A stretch of DNA of 32,000 bases. Source: Erysipelotrichaceae bacterium. Lineage in GTDB: Bacteria > Bacillota_I > Bacilli_A > Erysipelotrichales > Coprobacillaceae. The position numbers and the translations under genes were made by a program. The notes beneath the pieces were generated by a model, which saw nothing but the letters and a program-made list of their open reading frames with translations, had not been told where the DNA came from and searched no databases. Within the stretch, counting starts at the first letter, position 1; each line of letters opens with the position of its first letter. The DNA lies in assembly GCA_028698185.1 (NCBI GenBank), contig JAQVDW010000020.1, positions 1 to 32,000 of the forward strand, given 5' to 3'. Positions 1 through 9,035 of this stretch are shown here, piece after piece.

Positions 1-392
<392 letters not shown>

Positions 393-488
393 CTAGCTCC
401 TCCGTTATCTTTTCAATCAGCTTTCTGATCCACCCTTATTTTAGCCCATCCAAGCCGTATTTAGGGATAGTTTTCAAATTGGAAACTC

Positions 489-516
489 AAAAAAGCCAGT
501 TTCAAGGCTGGCTTTT
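489..516 (-). terminator. Rho-independent terminator of the RpiR gene
   Basis: Minus strand reads AAAGCCAG-(8 nt loop holding the TGA stop)-CTGGCTTT followed by TTTTGAG. The stem is 8 bp. Confidence 0.6.
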
Positions 517-1299
517 GGTTGCTTGGCGGAAATGGAGCGTGAGATAATCACTGATTAAAGCGAAAATGATCGAATGGGTCGTTATCTCGTTGACCGCCGG
601 GTAGAGGACACAATAATCGACCAGGGGATTGTCTTCCATCTTGAAATTGGCGGTGATGACGACAATTTTCGCTTTCGTCTTCTTGAACGCGCTCTTGGTT
701 ATGTTGCCCTGGGTCATCTGATGCTTCCTTAGATAATCACCTGAGTGGGAAAAGATGATGATCAGGCTGTCTTCCTGGGCAGCCTCGATATATTCATGCT
801 GCTTGACATCGTTCAAGCAGGTGTAGATATACTTATCGTTATAGGCCAATTTGGTCTGCAGATCGATTGCCGCCGTTTGGGAATAGAGCAAACCAAAGGC
901 GGCAACCTTATCATATGCGACCAGATCTTCGACCAGGGCTCTGGCATTGGAATTTTCGATTGCCCCGGCAAGCAGGTTGATATTGGCAATCACCAGCTGG
1001 CTGTAATCGTCAAACGAATTGTTTTCAAGATAGTTCATGACATTGGTATTGTAGCTAAACTGGCTGTGGGGGACATTTGGCAGGGCATCACGGAATTCCC
1101 CGTAGTCGCTAAATCCGATTTTGCGGATGAACTTCGAGACAGTCGATTTGGACACATCGCACAGCCTCGCGACCTGGTCGATGGTCAACTGGTTGAGGAT
1201 CGCAAAATTATTAATCAGGATTCTCGCCACATGATAGCTGGTCGTGTCGAGATTTTCTTCCAGGAGCACCACAAGCAGGCGGTGGAGGACCATTCCCAT
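502..1299 (-). CDS. RpiR/MurR-family transcriptional regulator (HTH_6 + SIS domain)
   Basis: N-terminal HTH reads LTIDQVARLCDVSKSTVSKFIRKIGFSDYGEFRDAL. The C-terminal half is SIS-like (IIIFSHSGD, KIVVITA). SD GGGGGTG lies 5 nt upstream of the ATG. Confidence 0.85.
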   Translation of the reverse strand: MGMVLHRLLVVLLEENLDTTSYHVARILINNFAILNQLTIDQVARLCDVSKSTVSKFIRKIGFSDYGEFRDALPNVPHSQFSYNTNVMNYLENNSFDDYSQLVIANINLLAGAIENSNARALVEDLVAYDKVAAFGLLYSQTAAIDLQTKLAYNDKYIYTCLNDVKQHEYIEAAQEDSLIIIFSHSGDYLRKHQMTQGNITKSAFKKTKAKIVVITANFKMEDNPLVDYCVLYPAVNEITTHSIIFALISDYLTLHFRQATKSQP

Positions 1300-1310
1300 C
1301 GATACACCCC

Positions 1311-1775
1311 CTACTCGACTAGATAAAACTCAAGTTTCACCCGGTCGACGAAACGTTGCGCCTGGCAAACATAGAAGTATTTTTTGAGCCAGTCGAGACT
1401 CTGATCATATATCTCGAACTGGGGCGAGGTCGCAAAGTAGTAGTGGTTGCTTTCGACAAACTCCCCAGCCACCACCTTGGCCACATCCTCAAAAGGCACA
1501 CTGCGAACCCCGTTGTTTTCGATATAGAATGACCGGCCGTCTTCAAGACGGATCGCATATCTAGCCGAAAGATTGCAGATGCCATCGGGTCTGATAATCT
1601 GAGAGTCGACACCCCCGGGCAGGACTTCTCCGGCAATCGTGTTGCCCTGGTAATCATAACCGATTAGTTTTCCCGTTTCGATTGGAATCAGCTGCCGGCG
1701 ACCCACGACATCATCCTGGCCGACAACAATCGGCGCAGCTACAAAAACTTCCACTTCAAACATTTTTCTGAGCAT
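1311..1775 (-). CDS. DUF3237 (UPF0311) family beta-barrel protein
   Basis: The 154-aa sequence pattern (GGVDSQIIRPDG...ARYAIRLEDG..FYIENNG) is typical of DUF3237. SD AAAGGGGAAG is present. The stop lies 11 nt before the RpiR start. Confidence 0.65.
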   Translation of the reverse strand: MLRKMFEVEVFVAAPIVVGQDDVVGRRQLIPIETGKLIGYDYQGNTIAGEVLPGGVDSQIIRPDGICNLSARYAIRLEDGRSFYIENNGVRSVPFEDVAKVVAGEFVESNHYYFATSPQFEIYDQSLDWLKKYFYVCQAQRFVDRVKLEFYLVE

Positions 1776-1821
1776 ATTGTCTTCCCCTTTTCATCAAAAA
1801 TGCGGACAAATCCAAGTGTGA

Positions 1822-3186
1822 TTATTTGGCGCGCTTGTGCAGCGGCGCATAGGTGCAATCCTGAGCCACCGAGCGATAAGCCGGGCGGATGATCTTTCCT
1901 TCATTAACGATCTCCTCGATCCGGTGGGCGCACCATCCGGCAATCCGGGATACCGCAAACAGCGGCGTATACAGTTCGAGCGGAATATTGAGCATCCGAT
2001 AGACAAAACCGGAATAGAAATCGACGTTGATGGATACTCCCTTGTACATCCTGCGGTGCTTCGCAATCACCTGAGGCGCCAGTTTTTCGACGCGCTCATA
2101 AAGTTCGAACTCTTCCTGCAGTCCTTTTTCCCGGGCGAGTTCCCCGACGTATTTCTTGAAGATCACTGCGCGGGGATCGGATACTGAGTAGACCGCGTGA
2201 CCGACTCCGTAAATCAGTCCCTGATTGTCGAAGGCTTCCCTATTGAGAAGTCTAGTCAGATATTCTTCGATCTGGCTTTCATCCTGCCAGTCTGACACAT
2301 TGGCCTTGAGATCATCGAACATTGCGGCCACCTTCAGGTTCGCCCCGCCATGACGTGGTCCTTTGAGCGATCCGATCGCCGAAGCAATGGCGCAATACGT
2401 GTCTGTACCTGAAGAAGACACCACATGGGTCGTGAAGGTCGAGTTGTTGCCCCCGCCGTGTTCCGCATGCAACACTAAGGCTAGATCGAGCAATTCCGCT
2501 TCCAGGGGCGTATATTTGTTGTCGGCTCTAAGCATATACAGAATGTTTTCCGCAATCGAAAGATCCATCCGCGGATTATGGATGACCAGGGAATTGTCCC
2601 CATGATAATGGGTGAATGCCTGGTAGCCATAAACTCCAAGCAGCGACAGCTGAGAGATCAGCTGAATCGACTGGCGCAGCAGGTTTTCGATTGATATGTC
2701 ATCGGGATTGTCATCATAGCTGTAGAGGCTAAGTACCGAACGGGCCATGACATTCATAATATCCTTGCTTGGACTTCTCATTATCATGTCATTGATGAAG
2801 AAATCCGGCAAAGCCCGGTGTCTGCATATCTCCATCTTGAACTCTTCAAGTTCCGCCGCATTGGGCAACTGACCAAAAAGCAGCAGGTAGATTGTCTCCT
2901 CGAAACCTTTGCGGTTTTCCCGGATGAACCCATCCACCAGGTCCTCGATATTGACACCCCGGTATTTGAGCCGGCCCGGAATCGCCTGGGCGATTCCGTC
3001 TTGATACATAACCGATTCGACTGCACCGATGCGTGTCAGTCCGGCCAAAACCCCCTTGCCATCAAGATCCCGCAGTCCCCTTTTAACATCATATTTCTCA
3101 TATAAACTGCGATCAACCTGATTGCAGTCGATTGCCATCTGACGCCATTTTTCCATATTTTCATCCATATGTTTCATCCTTTCCAT
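1822..3186 (-). CDS. Citrate synthase
   Basis: Active-site signatures GPRHGGANLKV and GVGHAVYSVSDPRA are present. Length is ~450 aa. The start is ambiguous: ATG at 3186, or ATG at 3168 with better SD spacing. Confidence 0.9.
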   Translation of the reverse strand: MERMKHMDENMEKWRQMAIDCNQVDRSLYEKYDVKRGLRDLDGKGVLAGLTRIGAVESVMYQDGIAQAIPGRLKYRGVNIEDLVDGFIRENRKGFEETIYLLLFGQLPNAAELEEFKMEICRHRALPDFFINDMIMRSPSKDIMNVMARSVLSLYSYDDNPDDISIENLLRQSIQLISQLSLLGVYGYQAFTHYHGDNSLVIHNPRMDLSIAENILYMLRADNKYTPLEAELLDLALVLHAEHGGGNNSTFTTHVVSSSGTDTYCAIASAIGSLKGPRHGGANLKVAAMFDDLKANVSDWQDESQIEEYLTRLLNREAFDNQGLIYGVGHAVYSVSDPRAVIFKKYVGELAREKGLQEEFELYERVEKLAPQVIAKHRRMYKGVSINVDFYSGFVYRMLNIPLELYTPLFAVSRIAGWCAHRIEEIVNEGKIIRPAYRSVAQDCTYAPLHKRAK

Positions 3187-3454
3187 ATATCATATTATCA
3201 CCCCAATTCAAGGTCGATTCCACTTTAAGCCGCAAAGTGATCTAGGTTAATGATATCACAAATAACACGAATTGACAACGTTTACCATATTATGAAAGTC
3301 GCAATTTTAAGCCAAACGCTAAATATTCCCTAAAAAAATTGTGAAAATTAGATTTTTTTGGCGTCGCCCAACCGACTCGTATTCCATCTGCCAATCCTCC
3401 AGAAAAACACACATAATCCGGCTTTTCGGGCATATGAAAACACGCCATTCGCTG

Positions 3455-3483
3455 TTGCATGTTTTGAGACTCGGGATTATAAT
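3455..3483 (+). promoter_or_regulatory. Sigma-A type promoter
   Basis: TTGCAT (3455-3460), a 17-nt spacer, then TATAAT (3478-3483). It sits ~30 nt upstream of SD GAGGGGGG and the ATG at 3516. Confidence 0.6.
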
Positions 3484-3515
3484 TATCTTAACGGAAGATC
3501 ATTTCTAGAGGGGGG

Positions 3516-3695
3516 ATGATTATGTATGATTTTGTCGGATCTAGTTGGCCGCTTTTGATGGTTGGAACATGGCTTATCATCGCCGTAATCACAAGAAAAA
3601 GAGGCACTTTTTTCTATTGGGCTGCCATGATACTGCTTTGGGTGATTTGGCGTTTCTATCGTATAGCTTCCTGGTGGAGTCAAATTTCAATCTGA
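3516..3695 (+). CDS. Small hydrophobic membrane protein (59 aa; below the ORF-track cutoff)
   Basis: A strong SD (AGAGGGGGG) directly precedes the ATG at 3516. The translation MIMYDFVGSSWPLLMVGTWLIIAVITRKRGTFFYWAAMILLWVIWRFYRIASWWSQISI has two clear TM helices. It is much more protein-like than the overlapping first half of track ORF 3545..3922. Confidence 0.5.
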   Translation: MIMYDFVGSSWPLLMVGTWLIIAVITRKRGTFFYWAAMILLWVIWRFYRIASWWSQISI

Positions 3696-3703
3696 GCGCC
3701 GCA

Positions 3704-3922
3704 TTGAATGGACTCGTGGCGATTACTATCCCCATTGCAGTTGTTCTGGCATTGGCCTGGCGCAACACTTTGATCGGTTCCATCGGTTTTCTGACAATCG
3801 GGATTTTCTTTTTGTTCTATTTTGAGTGGGGCGATTTTCCAATCGGCGTAGTGCCGCTGATAATCGCCGGATTTTTCTTCATGGATTGGCGCCGGGAACA
3901 CAGATATTCCAACCGGCCATAA
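3704..3922 (+). CDS. Small membrane protein, or the 3' half of a frameshifted 4-TM gene
   Basis: The C-terminal 72 aa of track ORF 3545..3922 (LNGLVAITIPIAVVLALAWRNTLIGSIGFLTIGIFFLFYFEWGDFPIGVVPLIIAGFFF) are TM-like. Possible starts are TTG 3704 or GTG 3716. No good SD is visible. Confidence 0.4.
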   Translation: MNGLVAITIPIAVVLALAWRNTLIGSIGFLTIGIFFLFYFEWGDFPIGVVPLIIAGFFFMDWRREHRYSNRP

Positions 3923-3959
3923 AAGCCGTCACAAGCGGATGCAATTTCATTTTTTGGGC

Positions 3960-3988
3960 TTGCCTAAGCCCAGCCGATATGCTAGAAT
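3960..3988 (+). promoter_or_regulatory. Sigma-A type promoter of the riboswitch-ATPase transcript
   Basis: TTGCCT (3960-3965), a 17-nt spacer, then TAGAAT (3983-3988). Confidence 0.55.
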
Positions 3989-3997
3989 ATCAATGAT

Positions 3998-4092
3998 TTA
4001 ACGAGGGAGTAACTTTCCACATCAGGATTGGTTTTCGTCAATACGGCTAATAGCCCGGCAACCAAGATGCGATTGCATTTAGTGAGACTCGA
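3998..4092 (+). promoter_or_regulatory. yybP-ykoY (Mn2+) riboswitch aptamer
   Basis: CGAGGGAGUAAC matches the conserved GGGGAGUAGC. CGUCAAU-hairpin(GGCUAAUAGCC)-CGGC matches CGUCAAU-hairpin-CGGC of the Lactococcus lactis element as I recall it. The AUGC-GAUU-GCAU hairpin followed by UUAGUGAGAC matches the conserved 3' UUUAGCAAGAC. The 3' P1 strand (CUCG) overlaps the left arm of the downstream terminator. Confidence 0.7.
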
Positions 4093-4126
4093 TTGAACTT
4101 TTTTAAGATTCAATTGGGTCTTTTTT
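4086..4126 (+). terminator. Riboswitch expression-platform terminator (attenuator)
   Basis: GACTCGATTGAA (4086-4097) pairs with TTCAATTGGGTC (4109-4120). That gives 12 bp including two G-U pairs and an 11-nt loop, then TTTTTT. It lies 18 nt upstream of the ATPase start. Confidence 0.7.
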
Positions 4127-4144
4127 GCTTACAAGGAGGAAAAT

Positions 4145-6748
4145 ATGCAAAGATACGAACTAAAATCCGTTGAAGAAGTAATGGATTATCTTAAAACCAG
4201 CCCCCAGGGGCTCAATTCCAGCCAGGTTGAACAGAGCCGGAAAGAACACGGCGCCAACAAGCTGGCCGAAGAAAAGCCGGTTTCGCCGCTTATCATCTTC
4301 CTGAGCCAGTTCAAGGACTTTCTGGTCATCATCCTGATCGTGGCCGCCATTTTGTCGGCAGCGATGGGGAAATTCGAAAGCACGCTGGTTATTATCGCCG
4401 TGTTGATTTTGAATGCCGTGCTGGGGACAGTCCAGCATATAAAAGCCGAGAAATCCCTGGCCAGCCTTAAAAAACTTTCATCGCCCACCGCCAAAGTCCT
4501 GCGTGATGGAATAAAAAAAGAGATTCCTTCGGAAGAAGTTGTCGTCGGCGATGTGCTGGTATTCGATGCGGGTGACTACATTTCCGCCGATGCCCGAGTC
4601 ATCGAGAGCTACAGTCTGCAGACAAACGAAAGCTCGCTTACAGGTGAGTCTGTCAGCGTCGAAAAGATCAGCGCAGCCCTGGAAAACCCCAAGGCTGCCC
4701 TGGGTGACCAGATCAACCGCGTTTTCTCAAGCAGCTTCGTGACTTATGGCCGCGGCCTCGCCGTGGTCACTGCCGTTGGAAACGACACCGAAATCGGAAA
4801 GATCGCCGGGCTTCTGGCGGCCGCCCGGGAAAAAACTACTCCGCTGCAGGAGTCATTGGACGGATTTGGCAAAAAGCTGGCCATCTTCATCATCCTCGTT
4901 TCCGCCCTGGTGTTCGGACTAAGTGTCTGGCGCCAGAATCCGATCATGGATTCCTTGATGTTCGCGATATCCCTGGCCGTTGCGGCCATCCCAGAAGCCC
5001 TCAGCTCGATTGTGACGATCGTGCTTGCCATCGGGACCAGAAAGCTGGCTGATGAAAATGCGATCATCCGCAAACTCCACTCGGTGGAAAGTCTTGGCAG
5101 CATTTCGGTCATCTGTTCAGACAAGACCGGAACCCTGACCCAAAACAAGATGACGGTGCAGAAAATCTACGTCAACGAAAAGCTTCTCGATACAACGGAA
5201 ATCAATGTCCAGGATGCCATCGAGGACAAACTGCTTATGGCCGGTTTGCTTTGCAACGACGCCCAGATTGTCGATGATAAAAGCATCGGTGACCCGACCG
5301 AGATCGCCCTGGTCGACCTGGCCAAAAAAATGGAGCGGGACGACAATCAGCTGCGCACGCAGTTCCCGCGTCTAGGCGAGCTGCCGTTTGACAGCGACCG
5401 CAAGCTGATGACGACCTATCACGAGATCGACGATTCCCATGTTTCCTTCACAAAAGGGGCTCTCGACGTTATCCTGAAACGGGCAACCCATATCGAGACA
5501 AGTGACGGGGTCCGTCCAATCACCCAGATTGATATTGAAAAATACGAAAAGACCAACTACGAACTGTCGAATTCCGGATTGCGGGTGCTAGCTTTTGCCT
5601 GGCGCAAGATCGACATCACCTCAGTCGATGAAAACATTGAAAACGACCTGATCCTAATTGGCGCCATGGCGATGATGGATCCCCCTCGGATCGATTCCGC
5701 GGAAGCTGTCGCTGCCTGCAAAAGAGCGGGGATCAAGCCCGTGATGATAACCGGCGACCACAAAATCACGGCATCAGCTATTGCCCGGGAAATAGGTATC
5801 CTTGACGAAGGAGACCAGGCGATTGAAGGCGAAGCCATCGAAAACCTAAGCGACCAGGAGCTCATCGAGCTCGTTCCCAAGGTCTCTGTTTATGCCCGAG
5901 TTTCGCCCGAACACAAGATCCGGATCGTTTCGGCTTGGCAGGCGATTGGCAATGTCGTGGCAATGACCGGTGATGGTGTCAACGATGCCCCGGCCCTGAA
6001 AAAATCCGACGTGGGAATCGCCATGGGAATCACCGGAACCGAAGTGGCCAAAGACGCCGCCAGCATGGTCCTTACCGATGACCGTTTTGCCACAATCGTG
6101 ACCGCGATTTCCAACGGCCGCAGCATCTACGGCAACATCAAGAATGCGATCAAGTTCCTTCTTTCTGGAAACACCGCTGCGATCATCGCCGTACTCTACG
6201 CCTCATTGATCGGCCTGCCTGCGCCATTCGCTCCGGTCCATCTTCTATTTATCAACTTGCTCACCGACTCGCTTCCAGCCATCGCCATTGGAATGGAGCC
6301 TTCCCACATCAAGCTGATGGAACAAGGGCCCCGTGACATATCCAAACCGATCATGGACCGCCGCTTTGGCATCGAGGTCCTGCTCGAAGGTATCATCATC
6401 GCCCTGGTTACGATGAGCGCATTCCATATCGGTGCCGCCAGTTCAACTGGAGCCGGAATGACCATGGCCTTTGCGACATTGTCACTTACCCGGCTCGTAC
6501 ACGGGTTCAACTGCCGTTTTTCCGCGCCGCTTACCTGGAAGACTGCCTTTGGCAACATCTTCTCTTATCTGGCGCTGGGAATAGGAGCGTTCCTGTTGTT
6601 TAGCGTGATCATCTTCACGCCGTTCCACAAGCTTTTCGAAGTGACGTCATTGAGCATCGAACAGATCGGCTATATCATCGGCCTGTCATTCATACCACTG
6701 GTCGTGATCCAGATTGGAAAAAGAATTATCAGCCATTTCGAAAAATAA
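4145..6748 (+). CDS. P-type (P2A-like) cation-transporting ATPase; Ca2+/Mn2+ specificity is plausible
   Basis: TGES (SSLTGESVSV), the phosphorylation site ICSDKTGTLTQNKM, MITGDHKITA and the hinge TGDGVNDAPALKKSDVGIAMG are all present. Length is 867 aa with ~10 TM. SD AGGAGGA is present. Confidence 0.93.
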   Translation: MQRYELKSVEEVMDYLKTSPQGLNSSQVEQSRKEHGANKLAEEKPVSPLIIFLSQFKDFLVIILIVAAILSAAMGKFESTLVIIAVLILNAVLGTVQHIKAEKSLASLKKLSSPTAKVLRDGIKKEIPSEEVVVGDVLVFDAGDYISADARVIESYSLQTNESSLTGESVSVEKISAALENPKAALGDQINRVFSSSFVTYGRGLAVVTAVGNDTEIGKIAGLLAAAREKTTPLQESLDGFGKKLAIFIILVSALVFGLSVWRQNPIMDSLMFAISLAVAAIPEALSSIVTIVLAIGTRKLADENAIIRKLHSVESLGSISVICSDKTGTLTQNKMTVQKIYVNEKLLDTTEINVQDAIEDKLLMAGLLCNDAQIVDDKSIGDPTEIALVDLAKKMERDDNQLRTQFPRLGELPFDSDRKLMTTYHEIDDSHVSFTKGALDVILKRATHIETSDGVRPITQIDIEKYEKTNYELSNSGLRVLAFAWRKIDITSVDENIENDLILIGAMAMMDPPRIDSAEAVAACKRAGIKPVMITGDHKITASAIAREIGILDEGDQAIEGEAIENLSDQELIELVPKVSVYARVSPEHKIRIVSAWQAIGNVVAMTGDGVNDAPALKKSDVGIAMGITGTEVAKDAASMVLTDDRFATIVTAISNGRSIYGNIKNAIKFLLSGNTAAIIAVLYASLIGLPAPFAPVHLLFINLLTDSLPAIAIGMEPSHIKLMEQGPRDISKPIMDRRFGIEVLLEGIIIALVTMSAFHIGAASSTGAGMTMAFATLSLTRLVHGFNCRFSAPLTWKTAFGNIFSYLALGIGAFLLFSVIIFTPFHKLFEVTSLSIEQIGYIIGLSFIPLVVIQIGKRIISHFEK

Positions 6749-6758
6749 CAAGCCACTC

Positions 6759-6787
6759 AAAAAGCCCGCAGCTGCGGGCTTTTTTTC
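6759..6787. terminator. Bidirectional terminator between the convergent ATPase and patatin genes
   Basis: AAAAA-GCCCGC-agct-GCGGGC-TTTTTTT. It has an A-run on one side and a T-run on the other. Confidence 0.75.
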
Positions 6788-6837
6788 TTTATCAAAGATT
6801 AGCACAGATCATAAACTCGAACCCGGACACGGTTGAC

Positions 6838-7581
6838 CTAAAATCCGATTTCAAGCCCTTTGACATGGCTATATCCGATATCATATATTTTCTCGTTGTT
6901 GCTTGTGTCGAGAATGTTGTAGTTACTCAATTCATTGAGCCTTATAAGCAGGTCGCAGTATTTTTCCTTGTCATATTGCATTCCCACTGTCATTTGCAGA
7001 ATCTGGGTTATGACTTGTGCAAATCCGTCAACCTTTTCATTCTCCTTGACCGGACTGATATCGATCGCAATTAGTTTCTCGCACCGGTCAATCAAGGGTG
7101 TCACCGGCACGTTTTCCAGGACTCCACCATCGACATATTGGCACTCATTGATGGTAACCGGGGTGAACAGGATCGGAATCGACGCCGAAGCCTGGATTGC
7201 CTGGGCGACATTGCCGGAACTGATGTACTCCACCCGGCCGGTATTGAGGTTGGACACGCAGATGTAAAGCGGATATTTCAAATCCGCGAATGTCTTGTGC
7301 CCGAGAATCTCATCGAGCTTTTTGCCAAGATTGTCCAATGAGGCGAACCCGGTGACCGGCAAAGTGATTTTGGCGGCATCCATCAGCTTGACTCCCTTTA
7401 AAAAATCCATTATCTCGTCTGGTGTTTTCTGGTCCGCAAGCAGTCCGGCCACAATCGCCCCCGCGCTTGTTCCCGAAAAAACCTCCGCTTTGATCCCTTT
7501 TTCCTCAAGTGCCTTGATTGCGCCGATATGGGCGAATCCTCGGGTTCCGCCGCCACCTAAGGCCAAACCTATCTTATTCAT
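6838..7581 (-). CDS. Patatin-like phospholipase (RssA/YlbK-like)
   Basis: Oxyanion-hole GGGGTRG, nucleophile elbow GTSAG and catalytic Asp motif VDGGVLENVP are present. The ATG overlaps the upstream gene's stop (ATGA at 7578-7581). Confidence 0.88.
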   Translation of the reverse strand: MNKIGLALGGGGTRGFAHIGAIKALEEKGIKAEVFSGTSAGAIVAGLLADQKTPDEIMDFLKGVKLMDAAKITLPVTGFASLDNLGKKLDEILGHKTFADLKYPLYICVSNLNTGRVEYISSGNVAQAIQASASIPILFTPVTINECQYVDGGVLENVPVTPLIDRCEKLIAIDISPVKENEKVDGFAQVITQILQMTVGMQYDKEKYCDLLIRLNELSNYNILDTSNNEKIYDIGYSHVKGLEIGF

Positions 7582-8906
7582 GGTTCCACCTTCTTCTTTT
7601 CCTGATTGTTAAAATCCAGAGCATCCTTGTATTCGTTGTAGATCCGGCTGTACTCCATCTTGTCATATTCACTGCCCTTGATCTTGTCGAACAGGGCCTT
7701 GGCATATCCATCGATAACCTCCAGATTTCCCGGACAGGCAATGCCCTTGGCTAGACGCAGCGACTTGAACAGGGCGACCATGACGGAGCTGTCATTATGG
7801 CCGTAATGGACAATCTGGTGATATGCCTCGTAGAGAACAACCTCGAAATCGTAAGATTCATACAGGATAAAGCCCTGGGCATCATGATCCTTTACAAGCA
7901 GATGCCCCTTTTCTATTTCCGCAAGATCGCGCAGCAACAGCCCAATGATCTTCAGGCAGTGGATTGCCGTGTAGGGATCATTGATGCCTGGTGAAAGGGC
8001 CCGCAAGGCGATTTCCACAATCTTCTGGATAGTGAAATTGAAATCCTGGGCCTCAGTCTTCTTGACGCCGATCATTATGCAGTTCTGGATATCCTTAATG
8101 ATGGACTGGTCGAGTGGCTCGAGTTCCCGGTAGTAGACATTGATGATTCTGGTCTGCTTCGAGACAAACTGCCCCACCACCTTTTCGAAAAAAACAACGC
8201 ACTGATGATTCTGGGCGATTCCCTTTAGTCTTGGATAATCGATTTCCTGGATATAGCCGTCCTGGTCGCTGTAAACTTCGGCGAAATAAAGGTCCTTGAT
8301 GATTGAAGCGATACCGTCATTTGATACCGGGTGCGCCTTGGCAACAAAATTCCGATAGTTTTTGATCTTGGCCATGGCTTCCTGGTCGAGCCGGCGGATC
8401 AGGCCGTTGGCCTGGATGTAGGTCGAAACGTTGTGGATGAACACCAAAAAGTATATCAGACCCATTATTATGTAGACGACCCCGACACTAGCAACCATGA
8501 CCAGATCGCCGCTCCGGGAACGCGTGGACATGGTCAGCAACGAGACAATCGAATAGATAAAGCCGCTAAGGAAAACCCCAAAAGACTTCATCGTCGTCTC
8601 ATTGTTGAGGAAGTTCTCGACGACCCGGGGCGTGAACTGGGAAGAATACATGGTCAAGACGACCATGGTGGTTGAAAATGTGAACGTGGCGATCGTGATG
8701 AAAGCCCCCGCAATGATGCCCAGGACGTTTTGCGCCGTCGCCACGGTGGTGTAGAACAATCCGTTCAAGGCTCCGGAAATCTGGGAACTCAAATTCCAGT
8801 CAAGATAGCTCACGACAAGCGCCAGAGCCAGGGCAACAAGGCTATACATTGTCGGGTAGAGCCAGATGCTCGTCCTGATTTTATTGATGATTCTTTGCTT
8901 GAACAT
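7578..8906 (-). CDS. DUF2254-family membrane protein
   Basis: It has N-terminal TM helices plus a soluble C-terminal part carrying the SPGINDPYTAI signature I associate with DUF2254. I place the start at ATG 8906 (MFKQRIINK) because SD AGGGAGGAAAG sits 4 nt upstream. The track start at 8948 has no SD. Confidence 0.7.
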   Translation of the reverse strand: MFKQRIINKIRTSIWLYPTMYSLVALALALVVSYLDWNLSSQISGALNGLFYTTVATAQNVLGIIAGAFITIATFTFSTTMVVLTMYSSQFTPRVVENFLNNETTMKSFGVFLSGFIYSIVSLLTMSTRSRSGDLVMVASVGVVYIIMGLIYFLVFIHNVSTYIQANGLIRRLDQEAMAKIKNYRNFVAKAHPVSNDGIASIIKDLYFAEVYSDQDGYIQEIDYPRLKGIAQNHQCVVFFEKVVGQFVSKQTRIINVYYRELEPLDQSIIKDIQNCIMIGVKKTEAQDFNFTIQKIVEIALRALSPGINDPYTAIHCLKIIGLLLRDLAEIEKGHLLVKDHDAQGFILYESYDFEVVLYEAYHQIVHYGHNDSSVMVALFKSLRLAKGIACPGNLEVIDGYAKALFDKIKGSEYDKMEYSRIYNEYKDALDFNNQEKKKVEP

Positions 8907-8969
8907 ATGACTTTCCTCCCTTTGCTCTGGCGCGTTGGCTACAAACAATAAAACATCTTTGATACGAAT

Positions 8970-8998
8970 ATTGTAACATGATTGCCGCCGCTTTAACA
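8970..8998 (-). promoter_or_regulatory. Candidate extended -10 promoter for the DUF2254-patatin operon
   Basis: The minus strand reads TGTTAA, 17 nt, then TACAAT with a TGt extension (caTGtTACAAT). It is ~55 nt upstream of ATG 8906 and just downstream of the 9010-9035 terminator. Confidence 0.35.
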
Positions 8999-9009
8999 GG
9001 TGCGCGAAT

Positions 9010-9035
9010 GGAAAAAGACGGCATTTGGCCGTCCT
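9010..9035 (-). terminator. Rho-independent terminator lying inside the 3' extension of the DUF1905 ORF
   Basis: The minus strand reads GACGGC-caaat-GCCGTC-TTTTTCC. Confidence 0.6.

Noticed and set aside
745-1326. 193-aa plus-strand ORF
   Set aside because: It is entirely antisense to the well-supported RpiR gene. It has no SD and a repetitive, low-complexity composition typical of shadow ORFs.
3545-3703. First half of the 125-aa track ORF (MAAFDGWNMAYHRRNHKKKRHFF...)
   Set aside because: It is basic and non-membrane and lacks an SD. The overlapping frame starting at 3516 has a strong SD and encodes clean TM helices.
3956-3972. GGGCTT-gcct-AAGCCC hairpin after the small membrane ORFs
   Set aside because: The T-run precedes rather than follows the stem on the plus strand, and the hairpin overlaps the -35 of the riboswitch promoter. 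It is not a convincing terminator.
6838-7581. Patatin gene as a CBASS CapV-type effector
   Set aside because: No CD-NTase/cyclase, no ubiquitin-like accessory genes and no other CBASS component is adjacent. At 247 aa, its sequence looks like housekeeping RssA/YlbK-type patatins.
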